From positions 2,492-66,491 of the forward strand of contig JBCCZV010000004.1 in assembly GCA_039187085.1 (NCBI GenBank): a stretch of DNA of 64,000 bases, written 5' to 3'. This DNA is from Pseudomonadota bacterium. Its GTDB lineage: Bacteria > Pseudomonadota > Gammaproteobacteria > Enterobacterales > JBCCZV01. The stretch's first letter is position 1, and the number at the start of each line of letters is the position of its first letter. The notes under the pieces were generated by a model, which saw only the letters and a program-made list of their open reading frames with translations, searched no databases and was not told the origin of the DNA. Both the position numbers and the translations under genes were made by a program. This document shows positions 31,062-39,603 of the stretch, in pieces.

Positions 31062-31086
31062 CTCTACCTTGCTCAAATTATTGTTT

Positions 31087-31113
31087 AAAAAAAACCCGCC
31101 GTTGAGCGGGTTT
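31087..31113 (-). terminator. attenuator terminator 2 (proximal to the aro-trp operon)
   Basis: Minus strand AAACCCGC-TCAACG-GCGGGTTTTTTTT (8 U). It ends about 25 nt before the ATG at 31061. The upstream segment GAGTAGGGTTT (31148-31138) is near-complementary to the 5' arm AAACCCGCTC and could act as an antiterminator. Confidence 0.75.
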
Positions 31114-31142
31114 CCTTAGGTTAAAATTAAAACGGAAAAACC

Positions 31143-31199
31143 CTACTCTATTAAGCAGAACCACCACCAAAAGCTATCTTGAAATAAGCATTTACACAC
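31143..31199 (-). CDS. putative trp leader peptide 2 ((M)CKCLFQDSFWWWFCLIE)
   Basis: AGGA-N9-GTG TGT AAA TGC TTA TTT CAA GAT AGC TTT TGG TGG TGG TTC TGC TTA ATA GAG TAG. Three consecutive Trp codons, and the stop codon lies inside the antiterminator segment. The GTG start is the weak point. Confidence 0.55.
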   Translation of the reverse strand: MCKCLFQDSFWWWFCLIE

Positions 31200-31246
31200 G
31201 TTTAATTTTCCTACGATACCAATAAGTTATTCCCATAAGCAAAATA

Positions 31247-31280
31247 CAAAAACAAAAAAGCCCGCTTTCGCGGGCTTTTT
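31247..31280 (-). terminator. attenuator terminator 1 (distal)
   Basis: Minus strand AAAAAGCCCGC-GAAA-GCGGGCTTTTTTGTTTTTG. The upstream GTGGGC (31312-31307) can pair with the GCCCGC arm (one G-U) as an antiterminator. Confidence 0.75.
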
Positions 31281-31318
31281 ACTAATAAGTGCTCGTGCAC
31301 GGCATTGCCCACTCCTAT

Positions 31319-31363
31319 TTAAGAATGTAGCCACCACCAGATTTTTGCACGTACACTATACAT
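31319..31363 (-). CDS. trpL: putative trp leader peptide 1 (MYSVRAKIWWWLHS)
   Basis: GGAGA-N7-ATG TAT AGT GTA CGT GCA AAA ATC TGG TGG TGG CTA CAT TCT TAA. Good SD, ATG start, three consecutive Trp codons, followed by an antiterminator and terminator. Confidence 0.75.
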   Translation of the reverse strand: MYSVRAKIWWWLHS

Positions 31364-31504
31364 TGTATTCTCTCCAAAAATAATAATCTTAGGCTAACAG
31401 ATATCATCAATGAGTCAAGCTATATTCACGAGACTTTTCTGACAATGTTGCAGTAGCTATTTTAAATAACTGATTAATCCATTATTCAAGTCAAAGTCTT
31501 TGAA

Positions 31505-34096
31505 TTACTCTGTCAACACAAATTCTCGTGCTGATTCGCGCCGATTATACATTGAGCCCATTACTTTGCCGTAAGCACCGGTATTAGCTATTGCAATAAT
31601 GTCGCCTTCTTCTGTCATGGGAAGATGACGGTCAACGCCTAATTTATCACCAGTCTCGCAAATAGGTCCAACAATATCAACCGTTTCGCAGGCGGCTTGA
31701 TTCAGTTTGGTCAAATTTGCAATTTCATGATGTGCCCCATAAAGAGCTGGACGTATGAGTGAGTTCATACCTGTGCTGATTCCAACATATTTGTGGCCTT
31801 CTTTTCCTTTTGTTTGTGTCACAGTGGCTAATAACACACCAGATTGCGCTACCAAAAAGCGTCCTGGCTCCAACCAGTATTCATACTGAGGAAAAGCTTT
31901 CTTCACTTCGCTTAATACACCATCGAGGGCAGCAAAATTCAATGCGACGTCAGAGTTCTTTTCAGGTACGCCCAATCCACCACCAAGATCGAGGTATTTA
32001 ACGTCAGGAAAGTTTTCAGCAACCTTGACTAGTGTTAATGCGGTATTTTTCCAATTTTCGTGATCCAAAATGCCAGACCCCGAATGTGAATGTAAACCAA
32101 TCACTCGACAATCGGTTTGTTTTACTGCTGTTACTAATTCATCCATTTGGAAAAGCGGTACACCGAATTTTGACTGGTTACCCGCTGTTTTGACATGCTC
32201 ATGATGCCCCTGCCCCTTGCCAGGATCGATTCGAATAAGAATGTCTCTACCCTTAAAGACTTCAGGCCAAGCCTGTAAAGGATAGAGGTTATCCAACGTT
32301 AATATCACGCCTTTTTCTATGCCATATTGATACTCTTCTCGCGGAGCAAAATTTGGTGTAAACAATATGCGCTGCTTGTCTAAGCTTGGAAATAGTGCTA
32401 ATACGTGCTCAATTTCTTCTGGACTTACGCATTCGAAGCCCATATTGGCGTCATAAACACGCTGTAAGATTTCAGGATGAGCATTAGCTTTAATGGCGTA
32501 AAAAACGCGCTTTATAGAAGACAAACTTTGTAATTGGTCAATCGCACCTTGCACACTTGGCAAATGATAAACATAGGCATGTTGGTGCTGCTTGGCTAAG
32601 GCGATAAGTTCAGCAGCCTGGCGTTGCCACCAAGCCTTTGCAATCGCGGTCTTTTCTTCAGAGACTTTCGCAAAAATTTGTTCCCAAGCTAAGCCAAGAA
32701 TACTGCTATCTGCATTTTGCGTGATAAAAATCTCATGGAGCTGTTGGACCAACCGATCCGCTTGCAATTCGTCAACAACAATCGTCAAGTTCAAATCATT
32801 AGCGGCTTGTGATAATAAATGAATTTTATGCTCATGGAAAACTTCAAAAGCATCCGCCAATTTATGGAGTATGGTGCGGATATTGTGTCCCACGATAGAG
32901 ACTGCTGCACAGTTTTCAAGTACACTAACTCGACATATAGTACTCAACTGACGTTGCAAATGCTCTAAAGTCTGTCGCTTTATTTTTCCAGCAGATGGAT
33001 CTAAAGAAACCGTCACACTCGATTCTGAGGTAGATACTAAGTCCACCGATAAACCAAACTGCTTAAAATAGGCAAATGCATCGGCCAAAAATCCAACTTG
33101 ATGCCACATCCCTACGGTTTCCATTGAGATGAGAATGACATTTTTTCGTGCTGATATAGCTTTCACTTGGGCTACACCGGTCACATCATCCGTAATTAAT
33201 GTACCTTCAAGTTCAGGCTGGGGCGTACTGCAAATTTTAGTGGGTATTTTGCGTTCTCTGACAGGATGGATACAGCGTGGATGAAGAATTTTCGCGCCTG
33301 TCGTTGCGATTTCTTGTGCTTCATCGTAAGAAATGTGTTTAATCAAACGAGCAGCAGGAATAGCTCGAGGATTTGCTGTAAACATACCAGGAACATCTGT
33401 CCATACTTCGTAGGATTTGGCTTCCAGTTTAGCTGCAAAATAAGCACCTGAAGTATCCGAGCCGCCCCGCCCTAACAGTACAGTTTCGCCATCAATGTTA
33501 CTAGCAATAAATCCTTGCGTGATAACCAAAGGACCATTTTCTTTAAAAACTCGTTGTAACTCTGGTTCTGGTTGAAAGTCACATGTAGAGTTCAAGTAAT
33601 GTTTTTCATCACCTAGAAGGACATCTCCCTCTGCCTTTAGGACATGGCGGGCATCTAACCAGTACGCAGCTACACTGAGCTCACGTTGTAAGTAGGCAGC
33701 ACCCAAAGTTGTTGACATCAATTCGCCGAGAGAGACGACTTTCGCTTGGGTACGTGGACTGTATTCTCCCACGAGTGATATGCCTTGTAAGGTATGCTCC
33801 AAAATCTCGAAATAGGCATTTAAGAGAGGCTCAGCAGTAAGGCCCAACTCTGTTGCCAATGTTACATGCTGTTCTCGTATAGCATTCACAACATCGATAT
33901 GCTCATTGGAAACACTACGATTGAGAGCTTCCTCCAATTGATTGGAAACTCCACTTAACGCCGAATGAACGATACAAACTCGAGCTTTATTCTCTAACTT
34001 TTGTTTCACAACCTTAGCAATAGTTGCCCAATTTTTAGCCGTTGAAACACTCGTGCCCCCAAACTTAAGTACTATCCAGGGATTTGTATTCGTCAT
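31505..34096 (-). CDS. bifunctional aspartate kinase / diaminopimelate decarboxylase (LysC-LysA fusion)
   Basis: 863 aa. The N-terminal half is an aspartokinase (VLKFGGTSV, GRGGSDTSG, two ACT-like segments). The C-terminal half is LysA-like (PLP Lys in YAIKANAHPE, GGGLGV, EPGR, CETGD). Single uninterrupted frame. Confidence 0.85.
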   Translation of the reverse strand: MTNTNPWIVLKFGGTSVSTAKNWATIAKVVKQKLENKARVCIVHSALSGVSNQLEEALNRSVSNEHIDVVNAIREQHVTLATELGLTAEPLLNAYFEILEHTLQGISLVGEYSPRTQAKVVSLGELMSTTLGAAYLQRELSVAAYWLDARHVLKAEGDVLLGDEKHYLNSTCDFQPEPELQRVFKENGPLVITQGFIASNIDGETVLLGRGGSDTSGAYFAAKLEAKSYEVWTDVPGMFTANPRAIPAARLIKHISYDEAQEIATTGAKILHPRCIHPVRERKIPTKICSTPQPELEGTLITDDVTGVAQVKAISARKNVILISMETVGMWHQVGFLADAFAYFKQFGLSVDLVSTSESSVTVSLDPSAGKIKRQTLEHLQRQLSTICRVSVLENCAAVSIVGHNIRTILHKLADAFEVFHEHKIHLLSQAANDLNLTIVVDELQADRLVQQLHEIFITQNADSSILGLAWEQIFAKVSEEKTAIAKAWWQRQAAELIALAKQHQHAYVYHLPSVQGAIDQLQSLSSIKRVFYAIKANAHPEILQRVYDANMGFECVSPEEIEHVLALFPSLDKQRILFTPNFAPREEYQYGIEKGVILTLDNLYPLQAWPEVFKGRDILIRIDPGKGQGHHEHVKTAGNQSKFGVPLFQMDELVTAVKQTDCRVIGLHSHSGSGILDHENWKNTALTLVKVAENFPDVKYLDLGGGLGVPEKNSDVALNFAALDGVLSEVKKAFPQYEYWLEPGRFLVAQSGVLLATVTQTKGKEGHKYVGISTGMNSLIRPALYGAHHEIANLTKLNQAACETVDIVGPICETGDKLGVDRHLPMTEEGDIIAIANTGAYGKVMGSMYNRRESAREFVLTE

Positions 34097-34195
34097 TGGT
34101 TTCTCCCATATATTTTAGATGTAAATGCGAATCGTTAAAAATCATCGAGCCAAACATCCTACACTATCGCTGGCCTCCCTGCCAACCAATGATCG

Positions 34196-34224
34196 TAAAA
34201 AACCAACTTCTTCATCGTATGAAG
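34196..34224 (-). terminator. possible terminator of the S9 peptidase gene
   Basis: Minus strand CTTCAT-ACG-ATGAAG followed by AAGTTGGTTTTTTA, just after the stop at 34231. Short stem. Confidence 0.4.
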
Positions 34225-34230
34225 GTTGAA

Positions 34231-36204
34231 TCAAGGTTTTAAGTGTTTGTCGAGAAACACTACCAGTTTTTTGTAGTATTCTTCACGATGTTCAATATCG
34301 AAAAAGCCATGACCTTCTGTAGGTTTATAAAGCCATTCATAAGGTTTATCTCTTGCTTTTAGTGCATCCCTTAAAAGATAAGCATGTTGTGGAGGCACTC
34401 TTTGGTCTTTTCCGCCATGAATAATGAAAACAGGGACATTGAAATCATCAATGTAAGTTAGTGGTGATTCAGTTTTTAAGAGTTTGACATCCGAGCTATA
34501 AGCTTCTTCAATTTCTCCGCGTAATGATTTAATTTCAGCGTAATCTGCGTTTTGTGACTGATAAACCAAATCGTATGGGCCAGCTGCAGCTACACTGCAT
34601 TTAAACAACTCAGGCGCTTTAATTGGAGCCATCACAGCAGAGTAACCTCCAAAACTCCAGCCCATAATACAAATTTTATCTGAATCAATTTTTTTCAGTT
34701 GCGCAGCCCAACGCGTTCCATCAAGAATGTCATTTTGAATCAGTGTCGAGCGCTTTTGATAAGCAACTTCTTCAAAGTTTGCTCCATAGCCACCAGAACC
34801 TCGATAATTGATTTGTAAAACAGCATACCCATTATTCGCTAACCATTGATTTTCACTGTCATAACGCCATCTATCCCGAACTCCAAATGGTCCACCATGT
34901 ACATTGACGACTAAGGGTAATTTATTCTGCGTCAGATGTTTCGGCCAAGTAATGTAACCGTGAAGACTTTCGCCATCTCGGGCCTCAAAAGTCACTGGCT
35001 CCACTTCCGCCAACCAATCGGGATTAAGCCACTCTTTTTTAGCCAGTAACCAACGAGCATCTTTCTTTTTTTGGTCATACAAAAAATAATCGCCTGAATT
35101 TTTATCAGAACTCACAGTAATAATGAGTTGATTACCATCTCTTGTACTAGACTCGAGATTTACAGTCTCTCCTTTAAATGCTTTTGATAATCCATTTAAT
35201 ATTTTGCTTGTCTTTTGCTTTTTATCAAAGTAAATAGTTTTCGGTTTGCCTGGCATCATTCTGACACCGATGATATCTCTAGTCATTGGGTCAAATAAAA
35301 AATTATCGACATCAAGCTTCGGATGTTGGAAAAGTTTTGCTAAAGATTTTTTCTCTTCATCAAATGCGTAGAGGGCTGTTGTATTCGTTTTTCGATCTAA
35401 GAAGTAGGAGATACTACCATCAGCATTAGTTGATAAGGGTTTGTAGTGATATAAAATATCGTCTTTTTGAATTTCTTGCCAATTTTCATCGACAAATTTA
35501 AAGGCTCGGTATTTTGATTGTTTATCTCGACCATAGGCATACTTCACTATGCCACCATGAGTCACAATAATATCAAGATTGCCAAAAGGTGTGCTCGCTA
35601 CTCTATTGAGCTTACCAGATTTAACATTAAGCCTATAAATCGTAAAAGCTCTGTCGATATCTTGTGTTTTACCCACAATTTTCCGTGATGAAATCAATAT
35701 ATTTTTAGGATCATCTGACATCATTGAAAGCACTTCACCCATTGCTTTCTTATAAGTTCCAGATGTTTTTTTTATTCTGGAACCCGTACTAGTCTGACTT
35801 GCTCTTTGTCCAAATAAAATTTTATTTTGATTGTTTTCTAAATCAATAACAAAAATTTCACCGTAGGTATGAGGCTTATCATTTGTACCTACTCTTAAGG
35901 ATCGAGAATAAATGATTTTATTGTTGGTGGCCCAATCAAAGAAATCTACGTGTTCGTGTCGCAACAACTTGTAATATTGCTTAGGTTTCAACCCATCTAA
36001 CGCTATAATAGCAATACCCGTTTGTTCACCTGAAGGTATTGTAGCGGCGAAATACCTGCCATCAGGTGATACTTTGACAACTTCGTAGGTGGGAAATCTA
36101 GCAAAAGCTTCCGCTGGAATTTTTGTGTGTTTGTTAGCCGATGAAGCCCCCACACCACTCGTTATAGTAATTGTTAATATGAAAAAATAAGCGAACCATT
36201 TCAT
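34231..36204 (-). CDS. secreted S9 family serine peptidase (prolyl oligopeptidase / DPP-like)
   Basis: 657 aa with signal peptide. N-terminal beta-propeller-like region, then a C-terminal catalytic domain with GWSFGGY (Ser), HGGKDQRVP (Asp) and EGHGF (His). Confidence 0.85.
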   Translation of the reverse strand: MKWFAYFFILTITITSGVGASSANKHTKIPAEAFARFPTYEVVKVSPDGRYFAATIPSGEQTGIAIIALDGLKPKQYYKLLRHEHVDFFDWATNNKIIYSRSLRVGTNDKPHTYGEIFVIDLENNQNKILFGQRASQTSTGSRIKKTSGTYKKAMGEVLSMMSDDPKNILISSRKIVGKTQDIDRAFTIYRLNVKSGKLNRVASTPFGNLDIIVTHGGIVKYAYGRDKQSKYRAFKFVDENWQEIQKDDILYHYKPLSTNADGSISYFLDRKTNTTALYAFDEEKKSLAKLFQHPKLDVDNFLFDPMTRDIIGVRMMPGKPKTIYFDKKQKTSKILNGLSKAFKGETVNLESSTRDGNQLIITVSSDKNSGDYFLYDQKKKDARWLLAKKEWLNPDWLAEVEPVTFEARDGESLHGYITWPKHLTQNKLPLVVNVHGGPFGVRDRWRYDSENQWLANNGYAVLQINYRGSGGYGANFEEVAYQKRSTLIQNDILDGTRWAAQLKKIDSDKICIMGWSFGGYSAVMAPIKAPELFKCSVAAAGPYDLVYQSQNADYAEIKSLRGEIEEAYSSDVKLLKTESPLTYIDDFNVPVFIIHGGKDQRVPPQHAYLLRDALKARDKPYEWLYKPTEGHGFFDIEHREEYYKKLVVFLDKHLKP

Positions 36205-36387
36205 GAATTTATTCCATAGTTTTTTCAGTTGTAAGTACTTTTAATGTTGATCAAAAACAGATAAGAAATACTTTGTTAATTTTTAATCAATTCTTTAAAA
36301 GAAACCTTCTCATCCTAATAATGCAGGACAAGCATACAATAAAAATCTTATGAAATAAAAAAGTATCAATCTCGAAATATCAATTTA

Positions 36388-39003
36388 TCAATTCTGTAAT
36401 TTTTCTTGTATATATTGACGAATCACATTGACATCTGCGGGTAAGCTATCGCAACGTTGCGGTAAACCCTCAAGCGCTGCGATACTTGCAGTTTTTTCAG
36501 GCAATATACCTATGGCTTGATGCACGCTATCTGGAAATTTAGCCGGATGAGCAGTACTTAGACAAATCACTCTATCGTCGGTATATTTTTTTGCTGCAGC
36601 AACCCCTACTGCCGTGTGAGGGTCACATACAATACCTTCTTCAGCCAATGCTTTAATAGTCGCTAAAGTTTCTGATTGGCTAACTTTATACGCCACAAAA
36701 AATTGTTGAGCTTTTAACAATTGAGTTTCACTCAGTTGATATTGTGAATAAGCTTTTAATTCAGCCATTTTTGCTCTTACTATGGAACCATCGTAACCAC
36801 ACAGATCATATAAGAAGCGTTCAAAGTTACTGGATACCTGAATATCCATGGCAGGACTTAACGTCGCTTGTACTTCTGTTACTTTGTAGCAACCCGTTTT
36901 TAATGTGCGCTCAAGAATATTGTTTTCATTGGTAGCAATGATAAGCTTGTTAATTGGCAAACCCATTTTTGTGGCAATATATCCTGCGTAAATATCGCCA
37001 AAATTACCAGTTGGTACAGAAAAAATCACTGGTTTTTTTGGATTTGCTTCCTGAAAACGCAATGTTGCATAAAAGTAGTAAACAACCTGTGACAGTATTC
37101 GAGCCCAATTAATAGAGTTGACTGCGCCTAACTGAAGTTTATCTTTAAAATCTAAGTCACTAAACAATGCTTTAACAATATTTTGACAATCATCAAAAGT
37201 GCCATCAATAGCAATATTGAATACGTTTTCATCCAATACGGTTGTCATTTGTTGCTCTTGGACTTTACTGATCTTGTCTTTAGGGTGGAGCATGAATATA
37301 TTAATACCTGTTTTACCTCTTACCCCTGTTATAGCAGCACTGCCAGTATCACCCGACGTTGCTCCTAATATATTAAGTTGTCTTTGGTTTTTGCGAAGAA
37401 AATAGGAAAAAAGATTTCCTAAAAATTGTAGAGCAACATCTTTAAAAGCATGTGTTGGACCATGATAAAGCTCAACTAATGAAACTTGTTTGGTATGTGT
37501 GATAGGCGTAATGTCTGGATGTGAAAATGTGTTGTAACTATTTTGCACAAGTTCACGTAGATCATCTTTTGGAATAGATTCTCCAGTAAAAAGTTGAAAA
37601 ATTTCAAACGCTAACTGTTGATAACTCAACATTTTCCAACGCTGAAAACGCTCTTGTACATTCGGTATGACTTTGGGTATAAACAGCCCACCATCTCTAG
37701 CGAGACCCTCTAAGACGACTTGTTCAAAAGTGTATTTTTCTTGTTTGTCATTGTCGCTTCTTGTGCTCACATACTCGATATTAAAGACATTACTCTTAGT
37801 TCTTTTGTTATTTTTTAGCATACTTTTAATATTTTTTAGGGCTTGTCGGGTTCTTTGTTCGTTTTCTATCAGCGCAAAACGCACATAATTATCACTGTAT
37901 TGGCCGAAACCTATGCCAGGAGACACTGCGACATTGGTTTCCTTTAAAAGTTGCTTCGCAAAGTCTAATGACCCCATATGATTGAATGCGTCAGGAATTT
38001 TTGCCCAGACAAACATCGTCGCTTTAGGAAGAGGCACCGACCAACCTATTTGATTAAGCCCCTCATAAAGTACGTTTCTTCGTTTTTGATACATCTGGCG
38101 AATATCTTCAACACAATCTTGCGGTCCAGACAATGCTTCAATGGCTGCAACTTGAATAGGCGTGAAAATACCATAATCCAAATAAGATTTAAGCTTAGTG
38201 AGCGCACCGATTAGTATAGGGTTTCCACAGCAAAAACCAACCCGCCAACCCGCCATGTTATAGCTTTTGGATAACGAATAAAATTCTACAGCTATGTCTT
38301 TAGCTCCCGGTATTTGCAAAATTGAAGGGGCTCGATAACCATCATAGACTAATTCAGCGTAGGCTAAGTCATGCACTATCCAGATCTCATGTGCTTTTGC
38401 CAAATCGACAATACGCTGGAAAAAATCAAGCTCTACACATTGAGTACTTGGATTGGCAGGAAAATTCAATATAAGCATTTTTGGCCTTGGCCAGCTATTC
38501 GCAATTGCCTCTTCTAAAGAGTCAATAAAAGCATTGATGTTTTCACTGAGAGGCACATGCCGAACGTCCGCACCAGCAATAACGACACCGTAAGGATGGA
38601 TCGGATAAGCGGGGCTTGGTACTAAAACCGTATCGCCACGTTGCAAGGTTGCTAATGCTAAATGCGCTATTCCTTCTTTTGAGCCGATGGTAACAATCAC
38701 TTCGGAATCATGGTTAAGTTCAACTTGATATTGCCGCTGGTACCATTCAGCCATAGCTAATCGTAAGCGCTCAATACCCTTTGAGGAGGAATAACGGTGC
38801 GTTTGAGGGTTCGCTGCAGTTTCAACCAATTTGTTGATGATATGTTCAGGCGTGGCGCTATCCGGGTTGCCCATACTAAAATCAATGATATCTTCCCCTG
38901 CAGCACGCGCTTGCATCTTGAGCTCGCCAATCACATTGAAAACATACGGGGGAAGCCTGTCAATTCGGTCAAAGTGTTTCTTCACGGCTGAGTCTTCTCT
39001 CAA
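36388..39003 (-). CDS. fusion of class I/II PLP aminotransferase (AlaC/AspC-like) and threonine synthase
   Basis: 871 aa. Residues 1 to about 395 are aminotransferase ([25 protein letters not shown]-Lys). Residues from about 409 to the end are long-form ThrC ([20 protein letters not shown]-Lys). The junction ...[25 protein letters not shown] (37780-37818) has no stop and no frame change. The N-terminal start may be the GTG at 38985. Confidence 0.8.
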   Translation of the reverse strand: MREDSAVKKHFDRIDRLPPYVFNVIGELKMQARAAGEDIIDFSMGNPDSATPEHIINKLVETAANPQTHRYSSSKGIERLRLAMAEWYQRQYQVELNHDSEVIVTIGSKEGIAHLALATLQRGDTVLVPSPAYPIHPYGVVIAGADVRHVPLSENINAFIDSLEEAIANSWPRPKMLILNFPANPSTQCVELDFFQRIVDLAKAHEIWIVHDLAYAELVYDGYRAPSILQIPGAKDIAVEFYSLSKSYNMAGWRVGFCCGNPILIGALTKLKSYLDYGIFTPIQVAAIEALSGPQDCVEDIRQMYQKRRNVLYEGLNQIGWSVPLPKATMFVWAKIPDAFNHMGSLDFAKQLLKETNVAVSPGIGFGQYSDNYVRFALIENEQRTRQALKNIKSMLKNNKRTKSNVFNIEYVSTRSDNDKQEKYTFEQVVLEGLARDGGLFIPKVIPNVQERFQRWKMLSYQQLAFEIFQLFTGESIPKDDLRELVQNSYNTFSHPDITPITHTKQVSLVELYHGPTHAFKDVALQFLGNLFSYFLRKNQRQLNILGATSGDTGSAAITGVRGKTGINIFMLHPKDKISKVQEQQMTTVLDENVFNIAIDGTFDDCQNIVKALFSDLDFKDKLQLGAVNSINWARILSQVVYYFYATLRFQEANPKKPVIFSVPTGNFGDIYAGYIATKMGLPINKLIIATNENNILERTLKTGCYKVTEVQATLSPAMDIQVSSNFERFLYDLCGYDGSIVRAKMAELKAYSQYQLSETQLLKAQQFFVAYKVSQSETLATIKALAEEGIVCDPHTAVGVAAAKKYTDDRVICLSTAHPAKFPDSVHQAIGILPEKTASIAALEGLPQRCDSLPADVNVIRQYIQEKLQN

Positions 39004-39176
39004 TTAAACATTTAAAAATTGGTGATCAACCACCATATCTGTTTTTTAAACGGCATAATGGTGTATAAAATCATTATTTAACAAGCATTCTAGAGCAATG
39101 GGGCTTAGTTATACTCAGTTATAACAGTATAGTTTTGGTTGAGTCCAGAAAGCATAGTCAAACCTAGAGGAAAAAG

Positions 39177-39557
39177 ATGAACGAGAATAAAAGTAATAGC
39201 CCAGAACTTGATGAATTTATTCAATTCCGAGAAAGACGAAAAAAAGGTAACGAAGTTGTACTTGATACTGACAATAAAGTTATCAAGCGATTCTTTAACC
39301 TGGATACTCAATGCTATAAAGAAGGAGCGCTGGATAAATCAACTAAAGAGCTTTTAGGTTTGGTGGCTTCGCTGGTACTGAGATGTAATGACTGCATAGA
39401 CTACCATGTTGAAGAGACAGTGAAATCGGGGCTAACCAATGAGCAGATTGAGGAGGCAATGAGCGTTGCATTAGTTGTTGGAGGTTCTATTGTTATACCT
39501 CACCTTAGACATGCAAAACAAAGTTTACTGGCCTTAAGAGAGGAGCTTACTCCATAA
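39177..39557 (+). CDS. carboxymuconolactone decarboxylase (AhpD-like) family protein
   Basis: 126 aa with the AhpD-type motif LVLRCNDCIDYH. Confidence 0.8.
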   Translation: MNENKSNSPELDEFIQFRERRKKGNEVVLDTDNKVIKRFFNLDTQCYKEGALDKSTKELLGLVASLVLRCNDCIDYHVEETVKSGLTNEQIEEAMSVALVVGGSIVIPHLRHAKQSLLALREELTP

Positions 39558-39603
39558 AAATAAATGGGTTTTTAGAAAAACCTGAGTAAAGACAATTTAG
39601 TAT

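Noticed and set aside
34097-34230. Looked for a lysine riboswitch (L-box) or leader upstream of the lysC-lysA fusion
   Set aside because: The gap is only 134 nt, and part of it is the upstream gene's terminator-like hairpin. I could not find the conserved L-box elements. It is too short for the roughly 180-nt aptamer.
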